A stretch of DNA of 63,851 nt, counting the filler, from Choristocarpus tenellus KU-1152 (Eukaryota; Protista; Phaeophyceae): the NCBI GenBank assembly GCA_964200185.2. It is 11 parts of 11 records of this genome, joined end to end, with 100 filler letters (N's around TTAATTAATTAA, not from the genome) between each part and the next. Parts side by side here need not be neighbours in the genome. Positions count along the whole stretch, not along the records: positions 24,225 to 27,994 come from CAXNAD020018025.1; positions 28,095 to 34,246 come from CAXNAD020008813.1; positions 34,347 to 39,649 come from CAXNAD020011216.1; positions 39,750 to 43,088 come from CAXNAD020020712.1; 7 more parts are not named here. The stretch is one strand, 5' to 3'. This document shows, piece after piece, positions 27,201 through 41,667 of this stretch (the stretch's first letter is position 1; each line of letters starts with the position of its first letter). A program made the translations under genes and the position numbers. The notes beneath the pieces were generated by a model. That model had not been told where the DNA came from. It saw only the letters and a list, made by a program, of their open reading frames with translations, and did no database searches.

Positions 27201-27560
27201 GCGTAGACTACGAGCGATGAGGAATCATGGTGTTGCAATCACTGATGAGTGATATCGTGGTCTGTGTTGTGTGGCAAGAGTGGGATATAGGGTAATGGAG
27301 TGTCGTGGTTCCAGGCACAGAGGGGATTGTAGGGGGAATGTTACAGGCGCCCCTCAATGCTCACCTTCCCAGGATGTACAACTCAAATCCAGCGACCTTA
27401 AAACGACGCTACGAGGGGGGTCCACAGATGATAACCACGTACGATGTCAGCTTGATATTTAGCTCAGTCGATATCTCGCTTTCGCTTTATCAAAAGAGGT
27501 TCAATCGAAAAGGTCTGAGAGCGTGGTATTCTACATCAGCCTTCTATTAGCATCATCCAC
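24225..27560 (-). mobile_element. Decayed Ty3/gypsy LTR retrotransposon (gag-pol remnant with RT and RNase H)
   Basis: RT: [31 protein letters not shown]...CDIQSAYWQV...GKYVFKRVPFGISNA, then VYIDDL. RNase H: APVLVFPDFAKEFVIHVDAS...IAYFS...QRPYSA. Many frameshifts and stops. Possible PBS (TGGTGGATGATGC) at 27562-27550; the upstream boundary is approximate. Confidence 0.93.
24890..25149. mobile_element. 260-bp MITE (GAG...CTC termini, 4-bp TSD ACAA) inserted in the gypsy RT
   Basis: acaa|GAGCAAAAGTATCTTATAGGGTA...TACCCTCTAAGAAACTTTCACTC|acaa. Removing the element and one TSD restores the RT frame YIDDLITCSPTW. Confidence 0.92.
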
Positions 27561-29360
27561 CAATTTTCTACAGCCAAAGAGCTAATTGAAGTCTGCAAAC
27601 TGCTATGTGGATACGTTAATCATGAATGTTAAGCTGTCCTTGACGCTCTGTTGTCCCACACAACTAGTTACATTATTGTTTATTAACTTGTACCACAGTT
27701 GAGAAGAAAGTGAGATACCTTCACTAGGTGGGGCTCACCAGTCCTTGCATTGAATGACTCAGAATACCAAATGACTCAACGTTTCTCTAGTACACGTCAG
27801 AAACACTCCGACTCTAATAGTCCGCCGATTACTTCTGGTCAAATATTCCGCCTAAACATCCCGAATGTCCTGCATTATCTTCTGTACGTACATAAAATAA
27901 TACTTCAAATCATATTCTCACAAATGGTCTGTTAAAGAAACTGGTGTTCCCAAGACTTGTGTGTGTAAATAACTCGATTATTTCCTCATTATGTNNNNNN
28001 NNNNNNNNNNNNNNNNNNNNNNNNNNNNNNNNNNNNNNTTAATTAATTAANNNNNNNNNNNNNNNNNNNNNNNNNNNNNNNNNNNNNNNNNNNNCCCCCT
28101 CCTTCCCCCTCCCAAAGCCCCTTTTGCGATGAGGATTTTCCTGAGAGAAAAAGAACAGTTGTTGTGTCTTATTTTGGCCATTTTGAAAGGTGTTTAGTGC
28201 ATTGTGGAAGTTACAAAGTACTGATCATAGTGTTTTTGGATGGTATTGGATGGTATTTCTTTTTTAATTTCTTTTGATCTTCATTCTACAAAATAAAAAA
28301 TAAAACAAGATATGGGCATGGTCTTGTCCATTTCGTTGCTGCGTCTGTGATAGAATTGATTATTTTTAATGGTGATTGTATTGTAGCTTGACTTGTATCC
28401 CTAACCCTAACATATTTGTATCACCTGCCAACGTTCACAGTTAAATTTTTGAAAGTATCCTTGGTTACGATGATCGTATCCTTTTGATTATGGTGTGACT
28501 TTTGTACTGCATCATTACAGTATAATCAAAACGCTTGATGTTGCTTAATGAAACGATCTTTGAATCAAATATTCAATGCCTCAACCCAAACTATTTTTTT
28601 TTCTTCTCTCTGTCGAGTATAAAGACACTTCTTTATCCCACAAAGAAGTAGAACAATGTGTGTATTTTATTTCACACACGAATGAGAGTTACTATGTGTG
28701 GCTTGGTTTAATTAGCAGTACAGTATAAGTAACAAAACAATGCTGACGGTATGAGTGTGACCCCTATACCGTGTGGGGGTAAATGCGTAGCATATCATAC
28801 CACTCTTCCAACTGCTCATTTCCGAATCGCCAGAAAGTGGGAAATTTCTAAACTGCAGTCGTCGGTTTCCAGTAAAGGTGTTTCTATTTCTGAAACTTTT
28901 ATCCCACAAATAGTTGTACCAATGTGAATATATATATGTATTTATTGTGTATCATAGTTAACCAAGCTGCTGGCTGTCTCTTGCCTGTCTCACTATTCTA
29001 TTTGTGCAATGATAATACTAATAATATGTGAAGGTAGTAGTACACACACTTATGTCAATATTGGTCTGATTATACCTTCAGAGGTATGAAGTATTTATTC
29101 TTGTCTCCCAATAGATGGTGCAATAGAACTTGAGATGTTTTGTTTTGTGGTATAAAATTGTTTTTTTATTTATTTAATATTCTCCTAGACAACTTAGAGT
29201 TAGGGATACTTTTAACCGGTACTAGGGTACCCTCATGCGATAAGGGATAGGTTTTTGTAATGTGTAAGAGGCTTTTGTGTGTTGATTCCTCCTCAGTGTG
29301 TCCAGTGTAACATGCATATATCTACATACTTACATACATATGTGAATATGTGTGTAAAAG

Positions 29361-32300
29361 GGGGATGAGCTGTTGCTGGATGATGGAAAGCTGCGCATGA
29401 CAGTAACTGGTACAGGAGAGGGGTTTGTCGACTGCTTTGTCAATGTGGGAGGAAAGCTGTCTAATAAAAAGGGGGTCAACACCCCAACAGTACGCCTTCC
29501 AATATCTCCGCTAACCCCCAAGGTTAGTACAAAGCAGATGCACGCCTGCCAGTGTCCCCACTCCCTCCCCAGGGTTGATACAGTATAGAAAGGAAGCCAC
29601 TTTTTTTTTTCCTTCTCTATCTGTTGTGTTGTTATATTTGCCACTGGAGGTGCTCCTTGATTGAGTGGTCTCTCTTTCTGTGAGTTTTATAAAATAGAAT
29701 AGACATAATGTTTTGAATGATTAAATGATATTTTTTGTAAGTTTTTATTTTTTATTATTTTTCTTCAATGTTTTTTTGTCTGTGTTGTGTGTCTGTCCTG
29801 GCAAGAAAAATAATAATATTTAGACTGGGAAGGGTGTTTGCACTGGGTAGGTTGAATTAATTTATGAACAACTCACTTGGTAGATACAAGATTGTATTAC
29901 ATAAGACCCAAAGCCTTTGGTTGAAGCTTGACTTTGTACAATGCAGTACTTCAAAGGTCAAAGGTATGTGCTTTGGGTGTACTAAAAAAAAAAGCTACTG
30001 GTTTTTATCGCCTTATATGAAAAATATTGTTCTGATTTTTAGTTTTTAGATTGGTGGTTTTACAGCAGAGACCGTATATTCAAGAAACGTCCAACTGCAA
30101 CATTTCACTTTTTATGGTCCGATAAATTTCTGATAAATTTCCTTGAAATACTTCGTAACTCATGCATAGAGTAAGTGGAAGGACACTAGCGAGCAAGTTA
30201 GTTTGTCTCAAGAGCAATAGCTTTGGGCGTCTCTCCTGCCAATATGTCAAGAAAACCAACCGCCTCTTGGTTTAAGAACACTGTTCTGAAGTGGTTTTGT
30301 TTTATCACGGTGTCCAAACTCTCTATTCATAGGAGAGAGGGCTTTTGCCTTTGTAATGTAATCTAATATTTTAGGAATATATATTTTTTGTACGTTGTAT
30401 TATATTATTCTTTGAAATATATTTGACGATCGGTGTCATCAGGAATGATCTGTTTCTTTGCCTATGTGTCTTTAGGAACACATTTATTTCTCTTCCAAGG
30501 TGTGTTCTTCATACTCACGCGGATGTACGTATGTGTTCTATATTGATTATTATTCTCTGCGTTGTTCTTTTTTTACCATTGCTGTTCCTTGAATCGTATT
30601 CTTGGAATAATTTCTCAATTATTATTATCCGGTACAAGTCCTGACATTTCTGTAGGAGGGAGAGGAGCCATCAGCTTTATATTTTTATTTTGAAAATGTG
30701 TTTGGCTCTTCCGGTGACGTTGGTCATGTTGCGTTTCCAACATTATAATTTCTGAAAATATAATTTTTTGATTTCTTTTTTGAGAAAAACGAAAAAAAAA
30801 AATGTTTTTCTCTCATTTCTTGACTTTTTTGCTCACCCCTTTTGAAAGGATCGGGCAGATCTAGCGTTTGCACTGCAGGTTCCAGGAGGTGTTGACGTGG
30901 TGGCTTTGTCTTTTGTTCAGAAGCCAGAGGACATTGTGGAGCTCAAGGGAATTGTGCAGGGAAGGGCAAGGGTGAGAGAGAGACAGACCTAGACTCTCCT
31001 GTGTGACTGGTGTGACCATGTATTGTGATAAGAGGTAGACACTGAGTGAGTGACTCATCTCCCATCAGTGTCTAGATGCCTTTTGTTCAGTGGTTTTGTG
31101 TTGGTGTTGGGGTGTGCTGTTGGTGTGAACCAACCCTTCTGAGGTCGTGAATCCAATAATGTGTGGAATGTGGGCTAACATTGGACATTTACTTGTACCA
31201 ATTGTTTTGTTGGTGCTATAGGCATAGCCCTTGTTGTTCTTCTAATCTTGGCATTTTTTGTGAGTGACAAGGAGTAGTTGGAGGGACAAGAAAAATCCTT
31301 GTTTTTATTTTTTGTTTTATTTGAATGTTGCAGAGGGAGGAGGAGGGTGGAGGTAGGTGGGGGTTAGTTGGCTCATGTTCATTTAGATGCAGTTTTTGTT
31401 TTATAGTACAGTATAGCATACTTGTTGTAAATTGTAAATTCTCCGTAATTTTCTTTGTGATGAGGTGTCCTTGTTGGAAGTATTTATTATTATTTTAGCC
31501 ATAAAGATGAGTGTCATAGACCATTATGTCATTGGGTAGATTTGTCATGACTGTGCACTAGTGGGTAGATGCATACACTATCTCATCATAAAGGGGTGTT
31601 GTGTTCCTATAGTATGAGCATTAGATAGTACCATTTATTGCTACACATGACTGTTTCCTCGTATTGAATCTATACAAGGTGAGAGTTCTTTGTTTTTTAT
31701 TTGTATTGTGAAAAATGTATATTTTAATATCATTATTGTTCTGAGTATTATTTTTCATATTATTATCTTTGTTTTTATTTGTATTGTGAAAAGTGTATAT
31801 TTTAATATCATTATTTTTCGTATTATTATTCTGAGTATAGCTTAATATTTTTATTTTAATGGAACGAAAAATGCTGTGTAATTGTTTGCTTGATAGGTGA
31901 TGGCAAAGATCGAGAAGCCTCAGGCTATTGCAGATTTAGAGGAGATTGTAGAGTTGTGTGATGCCATCATGGTTGCCAGGTGAGACCACATCAATGCAAC
32001 AGAAACAATAATAATAACAATAAAGGTGATGGTGATGATAATAATAACAATAATGGTGATGATAATAATAATAATAACAATAATGGTGATGATGATACTA
32101 ATAATAATAACAATAATGGTGATGATGATAATAATAATAATAACAATAATGGTGATGATGATAATAATAATAATAACAATAATGGTGATGATGATAATAA
32201 TAATAATAACAACAATAATGGTGATGATGATAATAATAATAACAATAATGGTGATGATGATAATAATAATAATAACAACAATAATGGTGATGATGATAAT

Positions 32301-32571
32301 AATAATAATAATAATGGTGTAAGCCCGGTTCTTGTCTCTCTTATCTTTCTTTTTATGAATGATGTTTCATGTTTCATGTTCATTCCTCTAACTAACACAA
32401 TCGCAATCTAATTATGAGTGTGTACTTTGCGTTGTATGTAATAGAGGTGATCTTGGTGTGGAGATGCCCCCTGAGGCTGTTCCCATTCTTCAGAAGAGGA
32501 TCATCGACTCTTGCCGAAGGAAGGGAAAGCCTGTTGTGGTTGCCACTCAGATGCTTGAGTCAATGATTGAG
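29361..32571 (+). CDS. pyk: Pyruvate kinase, four internal exons (5'- and 3'-partial)
   Basis: Exons 29361-29522 ([13 protein letters not shown]...[11 protein letters not shown]...PLTPK), 30849-30971 (DRADLAFAL...[15 protein letters not shown]), 31897-31979 ([28 protein letters not shown]), 32445-32571 ([20 protein letters not shown]...[16 protein letters not shown]). All phases are consistent. Confidence 0.97.
32005..32318. repeat. Compound minisatellite [GGT(GAT)2-3(AAT)n AAC AAT AAT] x ~9 in a pyruvate kinase intron
   Basis: Units of 30-36 bp between exons 31897-31979 and 32445-32571. Confidence 0.95.
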
Positions 32572-35500
32572 GTGTGTGCAAAGGGAACACAATTAATTTT
32601 ATTATTATTGTATTAATTATTTTATAGGGATTGTGTAGGTGTGTTATCATAACCCGTCTTACACCTTTTTATTATTATTATTATAAAAAGGTATATATTA
32701 TTATTATTATTATAACAATGATGGTAGTGGTGACAGAGGTGAGGGGTTGAATCCCTTTGTTGAAGCCAGGTGGTGTAGAGGTTGTGTAAGATGTAATTAA
32801 CACCATAGCACACTGTGGTACTGATTTAATGATTTGATGCCTGGTGTTTGTCTGTTGGGATTGTGTTGGAGTTGGGGATAAGGATAGGGATAGGGATAGG
32901 GATATATGTGGTGTGAATAATGTAATGTGGTGTCATGTTTATCGTTGGGTACTGTTCCTGTCTGTTGGAATGTGAAAAGTTAACAAGATTTGTGTAAGCA
33001 GTCTTGGTGGTTACAGTTAACAACTAGTCCTAAAAAAAGTGGTCTTGGTTTAGGAATAATATTTTGTTGAAATTTTCTGTTTCTCATGTTTGCGGATGAT
33101 ACATATATAGGTACATACTTTGGGAATGTTTTCTTGTAGAAATTTGTTACATAGTTTACATAGTTTTTGTTGTTGTGGTGGTGGTCTCTTCAAGTTTGCT
33201 GTTTCTCTCTCAAACACGCAATAAAAATAATAAACTTTCATGAATATAGACAGTATATAGATTGTCTCGACATAGATAAGAGGTGTGCAGCCTTTGGAAT
33301 GAGTCTATCAGGGATAACTAGTACCATTGCTGGTGCATTTTATATTTATATTTATGTTCGTTTATTATTTCCGACTATTATTGTTCTGAATTGTAGCAGA
33401 ATGAATCAAAACTGTACATTGGGAGGTGCTTCCATGATCGCTCCTTTTTTGGGAAGTTTGCTCACAATTTTATTTTATTTTTCAAAATGTAATTGGATGT
33501 TAGCCCGATTTTTAATTTTATTTTTTACAGTCTCTTTTTTTAATATTTTCGAGTCACGACTCTGTTGTCATTGTGTCTGAACTGCAATCAAATAATAATC
33601 AAATAATAATCAAATAATAATTGTAGGAATGGTGTTGAATTATAGAACATGTCAGGATGAAACAAACAGGATGAAACAAACAGGATGAAACACGACCTAT
33701 GTATGTGTAGGCTAGGTGTAGTGTGTATAGCTGCATTGCAAATGATCTATTGTGATTTTTTTTGGGAAGCGCATCCTTATTTGAGTCATCTTTCTATCCC
33801 TTGTGGGACCTTTGAAATTCTTTTTTTTTTTTAAACAATACAATAATATTTCAAATGTTTTGGGGGTATGTATATATATAGCATTAGAATGTTTTCGTTA
33901 TTTTGTTCAGTGTGCATATTTCTATTGATTCTAGATCATTTTGGAATAATTTTTGTCATGTGACGTTTGTATTTTGGAATAATTTTGGCACTAAACCGTC
34001 TGTGGGGAGTGCATTCTTTACAGGCCATGCTTGTTTATTTTTACCAAAAAAATCAAATGGCAGTATCTAACATGAATACATCGTGGTGTTATCTTAGATT
34101 GTGAAATGTGCTCTCTAGTCATATATTGCATTCCCTAACCCTAACACCAACCATCAGTACTAAAACTAAACATACGCGTGACATCATGATTACAAAGAAC
34201 TATACATAACCACTTTTACCCCCCTTCCACCTTCCCCCTTCCCCCCNNNNNNNNNNNNNNNNNNNNNNNNNNNNNNNNNNNNNNNNNNNNTTAATTAATT
34301 AANNNNNNNNNNNNNNNNNNNNNNNNNNNNNNNNNNNNNNNNNNNNCCCCCCTCCAAGATACTTTGACCCCTTATCATTCTGATGATGACCTTCTCCATG
34401 ACATCCTACCCTCTCACACTTGTCTGAGTGAACTCTACGACGCCTCAGAATCACACATTTCACAATTATGACTCTGGCAACTTTTTCTGTTGCTGTTTAG
34501 TATTTGTATAGTAGTAGACAAACTCTTAGCACGTTTCACTGCTGCGGTCAAAGAGACAGACAAAAGAAAGGTATCGCACATGAGGTAATACATGAAAAAG
34601 TGAGACTTCCAGACATAGGATTGGGCAAAGAGGAAGTAGAGTGTGTGCACCGCACGACAAGATGCACACAACGACACAGTTGACAGGTACACTATGGCAA
34701 CACAGTAGTGCTCTTATTGGTCTCAAAATGTAAACAGATCGCGCGCGCGCCCACATGACACGGCGTCAGATCGGGTCTCACGTCAACAAGGTTCCCACCA
34801 ACGAAAACCACACTTTGCATGAGAAAAGTCTGTCCTTGTTTTCTTTCACAAAACAGAACGATCCAAAAAATCAAATCCGAGGAAGTGTCACTCTGCATTT
34901 CAGTTCAATGAGCGTCTCTGAATTCAAAACAAACTGTGATATTGAGCATTCTTGTCCAATCATGGTGTCAAGAATATGCTCTTCATTCTGGTGTAAATGT
35001 AAACTGTGTAAGAAACAATGTGTATGGGTTGATGAACTAGAACATAGAAGAGTTCAGGAACGGGAAATATTATAGCAAGTAATCTGTGATTAATGATCTA
35101 TGGAACAGGATAGATTTGGTGGAAGGGAACCCCCCTCTTGGGCTTGAAGGCTCACTCCTCCTTTCCTCCTACCTACTTCAGCTACAACTTGTCCAAGCTA
35201 TTAAGGAACGAATCAAGTCATTATGTACACAAGTCTTGGGAACATCAGCCTCTTCAACACATGGATGGGTCAGCATCTTGGAATATCCATCGTCTGATAT
35301 ACAGACGCACAGTGACTCCATATCAAAGTATTACATCCTAACTCACTCCACACATGTTGCTTCCATCACAATGGAGGGCCACCCAACCTATTTGTTACGG
35401 TCTGACTCCGGTGGTATATTACCAGAGGATGGAAGGGAAGCGACATCTTCGAAGCAGAGGACTTCTCGTTCTTACATTATTCATTATTGTTGCACCCTTG

Positions 35501-36605
35501 TCATAGTAGAAACACACTCGCATTTGTTACCTGCCATACCTACGTTGTATTTTCAACTTCCGTAACTTGGACTGGTTCAATCACCGCTGTTGGACGTTGG
35601 ACAACAGTTGTTGGGTTCTATAAACCATCAAGTATGTATCAAAAGTCAGAAATAATGAATACAGATATCGTGGGGGCAGGATAGACAATTAGAGATGATA
35701 GGTGCAACTGCTACATCCTACATTCTATCGGCCACAATAGAACATTGTAACTACTTGCTCTACTGATTGTGACCTGTTACTCTAGTACATGTTCCCAGTA
35801 CATACATACATACATAAATTTCATTCTTGAAAGTTTAAACTTCACCCTGCTTGATATCTCCTTCAATCTCTGATAATTGATCAGAATATTTGCCATGGTG
35901 TTGTACTAGCTACTAGCACCAAGTGAACACTTTATCGTGAGGTAAGGCAGTGGAGCCTTTCCTTCTTCTATGCCGTTGCTCCTCCGTGCATGTGTTACGT
36001 CAGGAGTACTCTTACCAATCGAATGAAAGCAGCAGTGGGACCAAACAACGAACAATCAAACTAAACTACCTTAACCAGTCTGTAGTCTGAATACAGTTGT
36101 GGAGTGGCATTTCTGTCGCACTCTTTACAAAACTGTGCAAGTCCTTGGTTCTTTGCTTTGAGTAGGGCAGCTGGAGCTCGCCACACCTCGTGGGTAGTCT
36201 CGTGGGTAGTGTTGCAGATGGCGAAAGTAGTATGAGACAGGCAGGTACCTCTCTTGAATCTGCCATAGAGTAGACTTACCCTCCAAAAGGAAAAAAAAAC
36301 ATCCATCATTGTCAGAGTTGTACGTGCATAAAAACATCCTAGACACAGACAGATGAAACAACAATGCAATCTGTCAACCAAAATCCAATCAACAAACAAA
36401 ATACCGGAGCAGGGCTCACAGCAGGAAGGCGTTTTGCCAGGCCACCACCAGTGCTGTGGTCGGTCACTTGGTAGGTTTTGTGGCAACAGAATTCCCCCCC
36501 CCCCTCCCCCCTACAGCCACTAAATGGGATCTAGGTTACTAAAGGCTATACACAAACTACACACTAGTTGGTCGACCAGCTAGAGTCAGCTCGGCTGACA
36601 AGCGA

Positions 36606-38739
36606 TCAACAAAACTCTGCCTCGATTTTCGTCAGCTCCTCCGTGAAATCTTCCATAGATATTCGCTCTGTGGGCTCAACCCTGAGCATTCTCGCGATCA
36701 GGGCTTGGAGGGCGCGGATCTGAAAAAGAACAAATCCGGCAGGAGGCATGTCACAATGGGCGTAGAGTAGAGTATTTCTAGTCAGATGGAACAATACACC
36801 TCCAGAGAGGCCTCTCACTGATATTTCATATACTTGATGAGGCAAGACACACCACCCATCACCCGCTTGAGGACAAAGTAACACGACTAAAGAGAGACCT
36901 CATCTATTCCAACTCCGTCGTCAATGCTGCTGGCACCATGGCATGTGCACACATACTGTGCTGCCTAGGCAGATCTACAACCAACAGGCTCCTATTGGCC
37001 TTCACACAACAAAGACTGGGTGTTTGGTTTCCTAGTCACTCATGCACGAAAATCCATGCCTGCTCGGCTAATGCCATCCAACACAGGAAACTTTCACACT
37101 ACCTAAAGCAAGAATTGGGTTATTCAAATTGCAATCGTACAATGGGAGGCGACCTGCCAGACACGCACACTTCACTGGAGAATTGGGGAGGGGAAGCACT
37201 TCAAGTACAAACCTAATATCCTTGCAACACAGCATCTGTTGTCTGTTCCCTCCTCCCATGCGATCAAAGTGAGATGCAAAACTGTCAGTGTGGAGTGTTA
37301 CCAGGTTTGTGGGATGCACAACTAGCCACAAGGAATCGCTGACCCTATCTCCAAACTTGTGAACTCAACGCGCCTTCATAGATAGGGCAGACCGGACTGC
37401 ACTCACTGTGACTCATGGCCCATGCAATAAATCAATTCTTCAATAAAATGTTGCCCTCCGCAGATTGATCTACGCCTGGAGATGAGTGATGTCACACTCA
37501 TCAACCAAAATATCACTGTAATGCTTGGGTCATTTCAACAGGCGTGGCATCCTGTCGGCTTAATTTGATGTCATTTCCAGAACCATCGGTCACACTCGAG
37601 ACAACTGTGAACCCAGATGCCTCACTTTCTCATTGACAAATAAATACTGAGACCGGAGTTGAAATCTCCTTGTCAGGTTGCCAAGATGACTCTTTCAGTA
37701 TTCCAATTCCTGACACTTGGGTGAGAACCCGCCTTACACATAACAAATTGTTCAAATGACACTGGCATGAACTATACCATGTTACTCCATACAATGGCAG
37801 TGTGTGTGATCATTGGACAGCACTGGACTAGGGTATCAAGCGGATGTATTCTCACAGATCAACAGAGGACCTGTGAACTTGATGGCATCTTCAACCCGGA
37901 AACGTCAGCATAATACTACGTATCGATGAGCTGAGAGACCGGCAAACGCTGCTGAAAACAATTGGGATGAGCGTAGTCCACTTTGACTGCAACGTTATCC
38001 CTTCCTACTGCCAATGATTTGTACGACTTCACACAAATCACGTGAGGAAGCACTCACATAGCAATCAAAGCACGCCACATTCGCGTAACGGATTGGCAGG
38101 AGGTATTACCATTCCTTGACCATACCAACCTATAGGACTTGTCTGATCCAGGTCGGGAGTGTCTATTCTGATCAAACAAATTGTCAGGAACAACCACCTA
38201 CCTTCCGATCAAAGTCTCGAGTGTTCATCCCATCCGGCTTCAGGACCTTTCCCCACTCTCGGACCCGATCTATTCGTAGCACCGTCTGTTTGAGATTGCG
38301 AACCTTCATCTTGGCCCGATCTTCGTTCTTCTGCTCAATGAAATGAGGGGGACCCAAGTTCACAATCATCGTTGGCACCAACGCAGTGAAGAGAGACAGA
38401 CTTTGGGACTCGGGTGTGACAGGTGTGGATGTAGTAGGATACTGCCAAGTGTGAAGGTAACACCGCTTGACCGCTTGATCAAGCAGCCACTGCAATATGT
38501 TGTAAAATAAGGTGGTAGCACATGGTGCATGTGCGTACTCCTGGGAGGCGAGATATGGCACTATCGGCACTCACAAGCAGTAACACATACACGTATCATC
38601 AAACGGTACACGGGTTTTTTCCATCTCCTTTGAGATCCGGTCTTGAGCTATATTTTGTAGAAAGTTCACCAGTGATTGGGGGGGTTGAGCGTACCTGTTC
38701 ATCCGTGGCTTCAGCGGGCACATCATCATAACTTCCACG
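36606..38739 (-). CDS. Protein kinase C-terminal region (last three exons; 5'-partial)
   Basis: Phase-0 exons 38739-38695 (RGSYDDVPAEATDEQ), 38330-38202 (KNEDRAKMK...RDFDRK), 36719-36606 (IRALQALIARMLRVEPTERISMEDFTEELTKIEAEFC*). LI.RML..EP..R is kinase subdomain XI. Confidence 0.75.
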
Positions 38740-41667
38740 CTGTAGATAAAGTCGTAGCAGGTAGGGGCAATCATCAGGTGAGTGGGCATATGTAACAAGC
38801 CGTGCAAGTGAGTCAGCATAGCCATCAGTAGTATTAAAGCGTGTGTTTTACATAAGAAATAAAAAAGAAGAAAGCCATCCATTGGTGACCATGAACAGGC
38901 GATGACACCTCGAATTCATCTTAGTACACCACGAACATATGTTCATTGCAGGTTGGAAGGATCTTTTATTCAACCTCTACACTTGGGTCACTCTTCATTT
39001 ACAAGTGTTGCACTAATAGGGAGTTGCTACTTCCAAATTGTACACGGGATCAAGAATGGACAGTCCAAGCCGTTGGAGTGCCAATCAGAAGTTGATGCTC
39101 TCTAATATCATGTGCTCACTCAACATGCATGCCTTGGACGATGCCACAGGGGTGTGCCTCTTACCTTCAGGTAATCAGCACTTGTGTGAGAGAGCTTGAG
39201 AGGGTGGTTTGCAAATGTCGAGTATCATCTTACAACATGCAACCAGCAACAAATTGTGTTCTGAATAATAATTGTACCAACAACCAAACCTTTTACCTCC
39301 GTACACTGAAGTTCAAACACATCATCTACTACCTCTCCATGCCCTTGGATGGGAGTGCAAAGATATCTCTACCAGATACCTGCTGCATTAAGGATCAACC
39401 ACTCCAGTTCCCCACGACACCAGCATGTGGAACAATGATTCGTGTGTAATTGTTCTTATTTTCACTAGAGAAGCAGGGCAGTTGTGTTTTCGAGGCCAGC
39501 ATCCTCTACCAGCTTTGGTAACCCAACACACAGTCTGGTACATCTAGGATTTGATACTTGCAAGGTGTAGGCACACAAGCTGGAGGAGCGCACAAGGCAG
39601 ACACGATGCCGCAGAGATTGAATATACTAGTACCTACTACATCTTCCTCNNNNNNNNNNNNNNNNNNNNNNNNNNNNNNNNNNNNNNNNNNNNTTAATTA
39701 ATTAANNNNNNNNNNNNNNNNNNNNNNNNNNNNNNNNNNNNNNNNNNNNGGGGGGGATCGTGTCGGTTTGTTGAGATGTAAGAATAATGGTAGTAACAAT
39801 GTGAATGGCGATTGAACTGATAAATAAAAAAAATCCGATTCAGTTCGAATTTTTTTTTTTAATGAATAGAAATAACTGAACTTAACTGACGACTGAACTA
39901 AAAAAATATATAGTCAAATTGTTCGATTTTTTATCAATTTTTTTGTTGATCGCAGTACTGCTAAATAATAATTAAAAAAAATATGTCGAGAGGTTACAGA
40001 AAATAATAATAAACACGTGTTTGCCACGAGGTTTCTCTTCCACAAAAATTAATTTAAAAAAAAATATTATTATTATTATTGTTTTTTTAAGTGTAAAAAA
40101 TTCAGTTCACAGCACATTGCGCTTTTGATCGCTTTGTTTCTAAGGCCTTCCCGAGAACCTACGTGCGTTTCTCGTGCGTCTCCTCGCGCGACGGTAGTAT
40201 TTCATGTTGATGCAATTCAATTCATATTTCTAGCCGATTGTGTCGTAGTCATATATATATATATATATTTTTGTATATTTTTTTTTGTATATTTTTTTTT
40301 GTATTTTCGGGTGACTACACTATAGAACGAGGTACTTGAGTCCAGCCTGTACGGGATGACTAATTTGCAACAATAATAATAATAATGATGATAATAATGA
40401 TGATACGAATATGATCGCCTGCTAAGGTGATGTCATGGAACTGACAGTTGTTTTTTTTTTGTAGTCTTGTGATGGTAACACCCATGGTGAAGAAGACGGA
40501 CTGATTGCCCTTTGAGAGTTTGCATATTATTATTATTATTATTATTATTATTTATTAATACTGTCTCACTTTAGTCTAGGACTAGTCTGGGACTAGGTCC
40601 CACTAGATTGCTCAACCATCTCGCGGGTTTTTGCTCTTCCTCCTCCTCCTCCTCCTCCTCCTCTGTATCTTGTGCTCTCAGATTACACTGGCTTCAATGT
40701 TCTATTCTGTGTAAGAGTGTTAAATGTTTTTTTGTTTTTGTTTCAGTAGTAGGTGGGGTGAATCTACACCTAGTCCACTTGATGTGACCACCCTCACACC
40801 ATGCTTATTGTGACATCTACATCTCTATATCTATATATATCTTCCCCTTTTAATTTCATGGAAAAAAATGTACTCTATTTTTTATGGCGTCTTAGTGAGA
40901 GACAATATTGTTTTGATATTGAAAGCAATATTTTATATTATTTTATTTTTTTTAGAGGATCCTTGCAAACCAACCAACCACCTTGAGCTTCCCCCATTCT
41001 CCTCTCTACCCATCCTCACCACCTACCTAAGTATTGTGTCGATATCTGTGAGGAGGTAGTAATAATAATAAGAATAATGAGAAGATCGATGGATGGCGTA
41101 CATGCCCTCAGGAATAATAAATATTATTATTATTATTATTATTCTAGATTCATGAATAATAAAAATTCTTATTGTTCTTATAACAAGGGTGTGTGTGAGA
41201 AGTTGCGTGCTCTGAATAATTTTCCTCAGTTACTTCTTGTGTGAGCAAGGGGGGGGGGGTTGGTGGGCGTGAGGGTTTTTTTTTTCTGGGTGTTTGTGGG
41301 TGGGGGGGGGGGGGGGGGGGGGGGGGATCATCTCATAATGTTGTGAGTACAGACATCAGTGAAATTACTGTTGTTTTGTTTTGTTTTGTTTTGTGTGTGT
41401 GTGTGTGTGTGTGTATGTTACAGTGTAATCAGAGAGCACAATTCGAATGATATAGCTCTATTTCATTTTATTTTAATTCATTTTTTCTACCTGTTGGTGC
41501 GTTTTATTTTTAACTACCACGCTCCTATTTATTTATTTTTAAGGTGATTTACAGTGGCGGCATAGGAAGTAAGTAGTAAGGCCGCACACAAAATATACTT
41601 TAAGAAATTATTTATTTTTTATTATTTATTTATTTATTAATTTTAAATATATTTTTCCTCTGGACAG

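Noticed and set aside
31980-32411. Poly-Asn/Asp, poly-Leu and Met/Ile ORFs
   Set aside because: Translations of an intronic minisatellite between two clear pyruvate kinase exons.
35086-35565. 159-aa ORF as a gene
   Set aside because: GTG start, no recognisable motif, no supporting splice structure.
38571-38882. Alternative reading VEVMMMCPLKPRMNRY... for the kinase exon
   Set aside because: Only the RGSYDDVPAEATDEQ frame ends at a strong CAG|GTACGC donor in phase with the next exon.
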